Assembly: GCA_040285745.1 (NCBI GenBank)
Contig: JAUFOR010000002.1
Span: 2,108,001 to 2,128,580 of the forward strand
Direction of reading: 5' to 3'
Source: Barthelona sp. PCE
Lineage: Eukaryota
DNA: 20,580 nt
Shown here one piece after another: positions 9,819-18,546 of this stretch. Every line of letters begins with the position of its first letter. Position 1 is the stretch's first letter. The position numbers and the translations under genes are program-made. The notes under the pieces are model-generated. The model was not told the DNA's origin, made no database searches, and saw only the letters and a program-made list of their open reading frames with translations.

Positions 9819-9883
9819 GTGGATGTGGTGAGAATTCCTGAAACAATGAACAAATTTTCATAACCTCTTTCAGCTCGAAATTT

Positions 9884-11308
9884 ATGAGCAGAAATGCATC
9901 GAGAGCACGAAAAATCGCGGATATAGCCCGGGAGGCGCCCAATTACGCTTCAAAATGCACGTTCAAACACGTTCATATCTTGCTCTCCCCGTCTGACGGC
10001 GGTGCGTGGAAAGTTACCCTGCACTCGAGCACAGGGGGCACGTTCATCGACACGCAGCTTAACAACGACGTGTCATCACTCATCAACGGAACAAATCCTG
10101 AAAAGGTCTTGATGTCGTGCGGTGACACGTACGGAGCCATCGGTATCGTCAACAATAGCAACAGAGATGGGGTGTGCGAGACGCACTTTGTTACTTTCAC
10201 ATACAACGATGATGGTATTGAAATTCTGAACCGTGTCGTTGTTCCGGAAGTTTGCACTCACATGTGCGTGTATGACAGGAATCTGGGCATCATCGGTGCT
10301 AACCAAAACGTCATAACCACTTACTTAGTACTTAACGACGGATCGCTCGTGAACAGAACCGAGCACCATCTTCCGTTTCCGATTATAAGTTTTTTCCTTT
10401 GCCCCCACAACTGGGTGATCGCCACCAAGCATCTGCATCTGAATGAGTCTATTATCGGCCTTTACAATATAGATTCTGGAGAGCATACGACTCTTCCGCA
10501 TATTGTGACTGAGCTGGACATTTCTATCTCAGCGAGCAACAGCTATTCGTTTGATGCCTGTAACATGGCAATGCGCGATGAGATTGTGTTTGTGACGCTT
10601 TCGTTTCCAAACAAGGAGATGTACACAATGAGCACTGCTAATGCTAACCAAAAGTACGAGACAACGGATGAATTGAGGATGAATTCCATTTCCAGTGAGG
10701 ATTACCAAACGCTAACAGTCGCTGATATAATTGAACCCAGTGCACCTTCATTTGGAGGAAGCGTTTCTGTGTGCGTTGATCTGGAACCGAAGCCTAAGAA
10801 GCAAAAACAACCAGAAAAGTCATTGCCCTCAATAGCTGCAACAATGCATGCGGCTGCGAACCGGAAGATGGGGGAAGGTGATGGGAAGGTGCTTACCAGA
10901 GATGGCAGCTTTGAATTGATGTCCAATGACGGAAAATTGATCTTAGTTAATGATGTCACAGGAGAGAGTTTTTCAACTGTAGAGGTTTATGAACCTGATG
11001 CTGCATATTTGATGAGGGTAAATGAACATTATATGGTTATTTGTGCCAATGTACCAAACTTTGAGGTTATCGGTTACAGTACTCTTTATTTGTATGGAAT
11101 TAGCAAGAACGGATGTTTTAAAATTGGCAAGAGATTTTTTGGTAACAAAGTCATTTCTGCAAAGTTTAGCCACAAAAACAGCATTTTTTTGGAATTTCCT
11201 TTAAACAAAATACATGCAAACATAACCATGCAAGGTTTAACCAATTTGGAGTATTCCCATAAGCCTATTGAGGATTGTGAAAAATGTACATTATATTCAT
11301 TTTTATAG
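9884..11308 (+). CDS. Hypothetical 474-aa beta-rich (possibly beta-propeller) protein
   Basis: Long ORF with TTTTCA/TTTCA motifs just upstream. It lies divergent from copy A across 65 nt. No family recognised. Confidence 0.8.
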   Translation: MSRNASRARKIADIAREAPNYASKCTFKHVHILLSPSDGGAWKVTLHSSTGGTFIDTQLNNDVSSLINGTNPEKVLMSCGDTYGAIGIVNNSNRDGVCETHFVTFTYNDDGIEILNRVVVPEVCTHMCVYDRNLGIIGANQNVITTYLVLNDGSLVNRTEHHLPFPIISFFLCPHNWVIATKHLHLNESIIGLYNIDSGEHTTLPHIVTELDISISASNSYSFDACNMAMRDEIVFVTLSFPNKEMYTMSTANANQKYETTDELRMNSISSEDYQTLTVADIIEPSAPSFGGSVSVCVDLEPKPKKQKQPEKSLPSIAATMHAAANRKMGEGDGKVLTRDGSFELMSNDGKLILVNDVTGESFSTVEVYEPDAAYLMRVNEHYMVICANVPNFEVIGYSTLYLYGISKNGCFKIGKRFFGNKVISAKFSHKNSIFLEFPLNKIHANITMQGLTNLEYSHKPIEDCEKCTLYSFL

Positions 11309-11587
11309 CTTTAGTTGTTATTATTTTTCTAGTATTAATTAAATAAATAAATTGGAACCTTAGGCATGTGAAAAATTGAACTACATTTGTTATTCTATTC
11401 TTTGTTTACTTTTACCAATTGTACTTGCGGGAATATGTCATTAGGTGTTGCCTGTCAGAAGCAGAAATGAATTATGCTGGATTAACAAATTTTGTTTCAT
11501 TATTACAACAAGTATGGCGTCTTCAACATAAAAGTGTGTCTGTTTTTATGCTAAGGTACTGAGCTATTCATTATTCATCTGGGCATG

Positions 11588-13644
11588 TTAATCTGGCATA
11601 TGGTACTCAAAGATGGACGCTTCCGCCAGGAACGATGGAAGGTGGAACGTTTCCACTGTGGGATTCATCGATTCCGTATCTTCCTCAACATTATACGTTT
11701 TCAACACCATTGACTTGGTCTCTCCTTCGTAAATAACTTTCTGAATAGTGTTGTTAGGTAGATTATGATTTTGGCTTAAATTCACAATAGGGAAACTATT
11801 GTTAGTGAAAAATCTTGTTTTGATAGCACCATCTTCAACGTATGCTTTAATAATACCATGCCATACATGTATGTATGAATCACCCACGAAATTAAGGAAA
11901 AAGTTACCTTCCTCCGTTCCATCATATGATCTCTTCCAAAGGAGAAAAGGCTCTAAGAAGCTTCCTGTTGACCAATCAAGACAATGTAAATGTTGCGTTT
12001 CTGCTTCTGCTTCTTCACTGTGTGAATGTACAACAAACAGCTGATGATCAGGTGTTTCAACCAATGGACGAGGGTTGAAGTAAAAATTAAAATATTCAGA
12101 TTCAAACACAATGTGATTTTGAACCTCCACGTCATACCCGTTGACATTGAACCGAAAAAAATGGATTGCTCCATAACATACAATGCAAGCTGAATTATCA
12201 AAATGTGAATCATAAACTTTTCTAACTTTCACATTCGGTGGAAATTCAAAAATCATCTTTTCTCCCAAATATACCAGACCACGGTCAACATTTAAGGGCA
12301 ACCCTTGAATGAAACCACGGTTTTCAGAGCCACAATGAGGCAAAATGGTTGTGATTGGCTTGGATTCTGAGCCTGTCCAGCATAATTTGCTATATGCACA
12401 ACCATGTACCTTTGCGAATACAACAAATTCATCTCCTTCATTTGGTTGAACTGATCGGATCTTACACCCACGCAGCACAATAAGTTTCCTTTCTTTGAAA
12501 AAAAAGTAACATCTTATCGAAGAGTTATCATCATTCACTTCAGCTATTCCATCAAAAAAAATTCGTTTTGGTTGAAGACTGTTCAAACTCACAACCTCAT
12601 TATCAACTGCTCTGAATTTGATTGGGCCATAACGTTCTGGTATTTTATCAACACTATAAAAAACACAATCTTCATCATGAAAGTAATTATTCAAGTCTAT
12701 ATGCTTCCAGCCATCGCAAATTACGTACTTAAAATTCAGTTTACCCTCTGACATCTTCAATTCACCGTTTTCGATATGAACCATTGTGAATCTTGAACCA
12801 ATGAGTACCATTGACAAAACATTTTGAGTGAGCGTTAATAATGCAAATTTTGAGTTTTCCTTAATATTCAATCCTTTAAGCTGCGGAAACCTTTCTGTCA
12901 AGTTAACTTGGTTCCTCTGACAGTCAAATATTATTAGTTCATCAACTTTCCCATAAGTAACCTGACTGAGAAAATGCAATCCGAGTTTAAGCACCCGAAG
13001 TGTTCTAAATGAACACCATGCAACTGCTCAATATCAGGTTCATGTGCTTCGTCCATGTCATCAACAGAAAAATTGTAATGCCATATGGTATCATCTTGGC
13101 ATTTCTTTAACAAAATGTAGTTTGAATTAATGATTGATTGAAAGCTAGATTGAAAGCTATACTCTCCAAGACATCGATATTCATCGGTTAGCACATTTAA
13201 TATGTAGCACAGAATCACTTGCCTGTTATTAACGGTATAACTAATGGTGAATAGTAGGTGGTTTTCATCCATCGGAAATATTCTGCTAATTTGAAACCTT
13301 CCTATGTTGTCAAAAGGGAAGCGTATTCTTCTGCTTGTATGTTCATCACTCATGATATGATCAAATAATAAGATATCAAGATGGGTTAAAATACGATCTT
13401 CAAAAAGCTTTTCGATGATCATGTAAGATTCTCCAGCTTTTAATTTGGATGTGTACTTAAGAGGCTTACACGTATCCTCCACATACCCAACAAAGTCCTT
13501 GCCTTCAATGGCGCTTTCAATGAGGCTTATATCTTTGTTTTCTCTTGATGAAAGCAATCTTACGCCCTTTCCCTCAAATATCATCTGCCCCTCGGGATAT
13601 GCCTTCATTACAAGGTCATCCTCGAATTTACGAACCCTGGGCAT
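11588..13644 (-). pseudogene. Family copy B, split by a 1-nt frameshift near 12955-12960 (pseudogene, assembly indel, or recoded gene)
   Basis: ORF 12934-13644 matches the N-terminus of copy A and ORF 11588-12994 matches the remainder. Copy A reads AGG TTT CGC GAT CAA GAA ATT GAT and copy B reads AGG TT- ACT TAT GGG AAA GTT GAT, so one base is missing. No other stops. Confidence 0.85.
13418..13644 (-). repeat. Near-identical 5' header shared with 9592-9818
   Basis: Same alignment as above; encodes MPRVRKFEDD...KLKAGESYMI. Confidence 0.9.
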
Positions 13645-13707
13645 ATATAGCTGTAATGAAGTAGGTGAATATTAAGATAGCTTGCATATATTAAATATTA
13701 GTGCTTG

Positions 13708-13861
13708 CACGTGGCATATAAAGATGATATAATACACGTGAAGCGTAAACAGAAAGCGCGAATGTGAAACAGGACTGCATTCGAATTTCTATCCCCTCAC
13801 AGATTTATTGATGTGGTTCGCAGGGCTTGTAGCGCGTGACACGTAAGATTGTTGGCACGTG
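13708..13861. promoter_or_regulatory. Cluster of CACGTG (E-box/G-box) palindromes
   Basis: CACGTG at 13708-13713, 13735-13740 and 13856-13861, plus a near match CACGTA near 13840. It lies upstream of copy B. Confidence 0.35.
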
Positions 13862-14189
13862 TAGGCATTGGCTTGGTTGTGGGGCACTTTTTAGCTGCGT
13901 TGTGGTACGATTTCAGATATATTTGAGTGTTTTGCAGATGAACTACAACCCAAATTTTATTCTTTTATGGTTTCCTATTTATTTTTTGTGTACTATCTTT
14001 ACTGAAATACTATAAACTTTCAGATGTAAGGACTTGAAGAAGGTAAGCCGCCTTTTGGGACGTGCTTCATTGCACATGCATAAGCATTCAGTAAACACCG
14101 CTGCATGCGTCACTGGATGCTGGACTGCGCCAAAACTTCTGTTTCCAAATTTTCAGCCAAATTCTCATCAGATTTTCCTGATTTACACG

Positions 14190-14440
14190 ATGCCAACCGT
14201 AAATCGCGAACGTGAGGACGATGATATCGACGTCCAAACGCCTTTTGAGTATGTGCTGGACTTGAATTATCCAGATACAACTCTTTTGGTGGCATTACGA
14301 AAGTCATGATGCCAATCTTGTCGCCAAAGATACCAATTTTGGTGACATATAGGAAGAGATCCGGTTGCTGACAGGATGTTCGACTGATGTATGTTTGTTG
14401 AAAGAGACGAAGGTTTAAAAATTGAATAATAAGAGGGAGA
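14190..14440 (+). pseudogene. Probable decayed gene start (MPTVNREREDD...), disrupted after ~39 codons
   Basis: ATG at 14190 follows TTTTCA/TCTCA motifs, and the start resembles the family start MPRVRKFEDD. Protein-like sequence continues in another frame (HDANLVAKDTNFGDI*EEIRLLTG) with stops. The 3' extent is uncertain. Confidence 0.4.
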
Positions 14441-15380
14441 ATCGAAATTCTATTTTTTATCCAAGGTATCGTTTCAAATGGATGTACGATATGGATGCTT
14501 CATAAGAATATTGTACAACTGCTTATGCTTACAAATCACTAATTTTCAGATTTGTATTTAATCACTCAGTCAGAGAATGTTGTTTTTAATGTTTTCTATT
14601 TCTTTATGTGGAATCGGGATATTGAGATATTTCATATGTTTTTGCAGTATCCCAGTGACACAATGTCTCTCATCATTGATTTGCATCATCATGGACAGTG
14701 AATAGTGAGAATAACTTGATGGCAATTATGAATATGCACTGCAGCAGTGGAATCAAAGTTTGCTGAGACCGTCAAGTTGGTACAGCGTGACCCCAGCGTT
14801 GTCTTATATCGATAATAAATGCGTGAATATTAAGTTTGAACTTTTTTGAAAACAGAAATGAAAGCATTCTTTTGTCATGACTGGTTGGAGCAGCATTTTG
14901 AATTCTTTTGAGTAAGCATTTTACCGTGTTATGCATGCGCTCATCCGTTGTAAGCCTGGCATAACTCGGTGCATACAGAGATACAGTTGCAGGTTCATGC
15001 ATGCGGCATCTCTGGCTATTTGAATGTGTTGTGCAATTGGTTAGTATGTGCTTATAAGTGGTGCAGCTCTGGTATAGCAATAAATTTGAGCTCAAAGAAA
15101 GAAAAAAATGTTGCGCGCACCTGCAATGCTCTGTGCATATTTCCGTCGTGATGGGGTTGATATATATGATATGTATTGCAGCGTGTAGCAGGACTGCGAG
15201 TGGAATCTCAATGGAAAAAAAGATACGTTTTTTCTCGGCGCTGCGTGGCTATTTCTTCATTTCAATCAAGTTTAGTGTTAGTATATGTGCTTCTTGTGTG
15301 TGGAGACCAATTTTGATTGGGAGCGTGAATTCTTAAGAGGAGAAATGAGCTCTTAGAAATTCTCAACTAGAAAGTTACCC

Positions 15381-15930
15381 CTAATAAGTCTGCTAATAAA
15401 ATGAGAGAAATGCTACCGTGGAAATTTGGTTTTGTTAATATTTTTATTAGTATTGGGTGTGAGTTGAGTTTTGGAAACCATTAATACGATACATCATAGA
15501 TGTGATATATACAATAGACATTATCAAATGCAAACTGTAATATATGATTTTATCAGGAATGGACCTTATTCTGATTTCACTAATATAATATATTAGCAAT
15601 TCTTTTAGATATTCGCGTGGAATTTAGTATTTACTAATATTTGTGTTTGTGAACTTTTTGAGTTCGCATCACTATTGTTAAGATTTTTTTGTGATGCCCA
15701 ACTTTTGGAATTCACTAATATTTTTATTAGCAATTCGCTTAAAGTGAGCACAAGCGAATTTTTTTATTAGGCGCTAATGAATTATATTAGGGAGAAAATG
15801 AATAATTGGCGAGAAATCCCCGTTTACTAACATTTTTATTACTAATATTTTTGAGATGGTCAAAACAAATCAAACTCCGCCGAAACGCGCATAGACCAAA
15901 AATCTTGGGTAGTAGTAAATAGTTTATTAG
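15381..15930. repeat. AT-rich array of CTAATA/TATTAG hexamers, several arranged as CTAATA-N4/5-TATTAG dyads
   Basis: CTAATA at 15381, 15393, 15580, 15634, 15715 and 15842. TATTAG at 15445, 15591, 15725, 15765, 15785 and 15925. Confidence 0.8.
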
Positions 15931-15995
15931 TTTTCGAGCAAGCTGTCCCGGATTCTCGTATGTACTGTTCCTTGGTCTTCTGCTAACTGTTAGTA

Positions 15996-17641
15996 TCAGA
16001 CTCTACGCCTGCTCCTTGCTGCCCTCATAATGTTCTTCATAGCATAAGCGTGAAAAGCAAATAGATGGTAGCTAAGACCTTTTTTAAGTTTCGTTCCACT
16101 GGTCTTAATTGATTGCGACGTTGATCTCTCGTTCAACGACTCGAGCACCTGTTCCCACGACGTGTAAGCTAGCTCGAAATTGTATTTCTCGCGTGCCTTC
16201 GACGTCGGTTCCCACAACATCGGATCCCAAATGGCTCCTCCGTGCGCAACGGCCATAATCTTGACCGGCGGGTCATCAAAGTTTTTGTACTTATTTAGCT
16301 TCTTGTAAAAATAGGCTGCACGTACGTGACCTCGATCTTTGCTCGTGAACGGCGATGTAGTCATAACATCCACCACAACCTTGGGTCCGCTTGCTTCCAG
16401 TATTGCAAAATCTGGTCGCTTACGTTCTTTCCGATTGGGGCACGACTCACCACTTTCGTACCGTTCATGTGTCCAACCCAATTGTACACGATGTATGTCA
16501 CTGTACTCCTCAAACTTTCTTTTAGGAATTGGCTTATCCAAGTTGAAAATATGAGCATTTCCTGATTTTCGAACAGTATCAACTGTTTTCTCAAGAATGT
16601 TGTTGTGCAGTTTGACGACAAGACCGTGATTTTTTGAACAAGAATAATGATGACTTCTTCTGTCCAAAACCTTCTCTCCACAGAAGTTGCACCGCCCAGA
16701 GGCGTACATTTCGCGAAGTTCAGGGAACAACAATTGGTATATACCGGCTAAAGCATAACCAAACATGTAACGCTCATCAAACATTGAATGAATATTGGCA
16801 ACTGACCTTTGGGGCCATGTGGCGACGGTAGCATCGAGTGACCAGGCAACAGAACGCTGAGACATCAAGGCGTCTCGGGATATAAATGATTCTGGATGGA
16901 AACGACAATGTTTGATCGCATAATCAAACAATTCGAAAAAACGTTTTGTGAGAATGTTTTGTAGTTTGCTTTTTTGACGCACAATATTAGTAGCCATACT
17001 GATCTCAACATCGTACGACTCCATCTGAGTGTGCTGCCCATAGTTTACGGCAAGCCACAGTAAATTTGAAGCAAATTCATGCTTTGTTTCACTGTTAAGA
17101 GAAACTGCTTCCACAAGTTTGTGTTGGCAATCCTCATCTTGGTAATGAGCATCCGGCATAAAGTAGGGTTTGTTATCTTTGTCATAGTTGAATCTAGCTG
17201 CGGCCAAATAACGTGGGCTAAGCCTAGTGAAATCCGACCACTCAATCAAATTGAAACGCTTGATTGAGCTACTTACCGAAGCGGTACTTGCCAAGTCAGC
17301 TATTTTGTGGAGAAACACAAAGTCTAGACAACCAGTCCCACCAAGAGACAAAGGATAACGGAGAGTTGGAGCTTCATCGATCGATAACTCATCGGCTCCA
17401 GGAATCATCTCAAGAAGTAAATTCTGTTTGATGGTCCTTTCCATATCATCAACTGCATCTTCAGTGAGAGTCACCGAGCGTACGTGATGAATGAGCATCT
17501 GATCAATCGACATAGAAGCAAGATACTTGAACAAAGCTGTCCCTGGACTTATATACTCGAGAAGTTGTTTGACGCCATTGCTAAATCTTGCGCATGCATG
17601 ACTAACATTAAAGTCGCCAATCTGAGTACCTAACAATTGAT
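15996..17641 (-). CDS. Retrotransposon ORF segment 3: RT domain 7/thumb, CCHC zinc knuckle and restriction-like endonuclease
   Basis: YQLLGTQIG (RT motif 7, KxLG..IG), PLSLGGTG (cf. P...GGLG), CNFCGEKVLDRRSHHYSC (C-x2-C-x9-H-x3-C), LHN (RHD/RHN motif), RPDF, VDV and KKLNKY. Confidence 0.9.
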
Positions 17642-18546
17642 AAAAAAGCTAAGCTTAAGTTGTGGGTAGCGATGTTCTCTTGCTCTTCACCTCTTGGAAA
17701 TATCCTTGAAGCGAAAGCAATACTCCCGGCTCCATACCCCACCAGCTCACACTTCTCAGCGTTCACTTTCAGGTTATAGAACTCGAGCTTACCCTTGATT
17801 ACATCAAAGGTTGACATGACAGTTGATGGTTCACCAACAATATAAATATCGTCAGCATACGCGTACATATTGACTGAATCTGGGGCTACGGCTTTCGTAT
17901 CCTTCAAAACTTCAGCAATAAGAAGAGCAAACAACAACGGAGACGTTGCGTTACCCTGTAACACGCCCATACAACTATCAAAAGGAAGGCGCTCTCCATT
18001 CGACCAAATCGGAATTGGCCTTTTGCACATCTGATGATATGCTTGGAAGCACCAAGGAGCATGTGCAGCGACAATATGCAGCAGCTTGTCACGACGAACG
18101 CTGTTGAAGGCGTTAGCAATGTCAATAACAAGAGCAACATTACGATCACTTCGCTTTAGATTAACATCCACGAGGTTTGCGACCAGAGCAGTAGCATCCC
18201 GCATCCCAGCACCGAATTGTTTGTGTTTAAACAAGTACTTTTTGACACGTTCAGACTGAAACTTCAGATCTTGACTCGCGATGATCTTATCAGCGATACC
18301 ACCGAGTGCAGAGGCAACTGCGATGGGGCGTACAGGCATATGCTCACCCTCTTGAAGCTCCTCCACATGCTTTTTGTTAAGAGCAATTAGTCGGATATTC
18401 CAAAGGGCCCACGGGCGCGATCCGAACGCATAATCATTGATAACTTGAGTAAAAGCATCCATGTAGCGATCGTTACGATAGATTTCAGCCACAAATAACT
18501 TAAGTAAATATGGCATCACTCCATCGGCACCGGCAGAAATGTACTT
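17608..18546 (-). CDS. Retrotransposon ORF segment 2: reverse transcriptase
   Basis: SAGADG (cf. SAPGPDG), VRPIAV, KQFGAG, DIANAFNSV, GVLQGNATSPLLF, YAYADD (YADD at 17859-17848) and LKVNAEKC. Confidence 0.95.
   Translation of the reverse strand, partial: KYISAGADGVMPYLLKLFVAEIYRNDRYMDAFTQVINDYAFGSRPWALWNIRLIALNKKHVEELQEGEHMPVRPIAVASALGGIADKIIASQDLKFQSERVKKYLFKHKQFGAGMRDATALVANLVDVNLKRSDRNVALVIDIANAFNSVRRDKLLHIVAAHAPWCFQAYHQMCKRPIPIWSNGERLPFDSCMGVLQGNATSPLLFALLIAEVLKDTKAVAPDSVNMYAYADDIYIVGEPSTVMSTFDVIKGKLEFYNLKVNAEKCELVGYGAGSIAFASRIFPRGEEQENIATHNLSLAFLSIVRYSDWRL

Noticed and set aside
9619-9831. Duplicated antisense ORFs (9619-9831 and 13445-13675; also 7900-8094 and 11799-12044)
   Set aside because: They are shadows of the paralogous minus-strand genes and have no independent coding evidence.
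11576-11600. ATGCCAGAT/ATGCCCAGAT micro-duplication at the end of copy B, resembling the family start ACATGCCCAG
   Set aside because: It is only ~10 nt long, too short to distinguish from local slippage or chance.
14772-15336. Short ORFs of 60-107 aa in the gene-poor stretch
   Set aside because: They have non-ATG or weak starts, atypical composition and no recognisable motifs.
15381-15930. CRISPR array or simple tandem satellite
   Set aside because: The repeats are only 6-17 nt with irregular spacing, there are no cas genes, and the context is eukaryotic.
15985-15995. TACTAACAG (branch point plus AG) immediately after the retroelement stop
   Set aside because: No matching donor or downstream exon is evident; it is also part of a small CTAAC-A-GTTAG palindrome and may be chance.
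17641-17647. HIV-type -1 ribosomal frameshift at U_UUU_UUA
   Set aside because: The -1 frame reads ATC AAT TGT TAG; the conserved downstream sequence is in the +1 frame.
15996-18546. Group II intron, retron, DGR or telomerase RT
   Set aside because: The CCHC plus PD-(D/E)xK C-terminus and the RT motifs are diagnostic of RLE non-LTR elements. No template/variable repeat pair with adenine-specific differences was seen.
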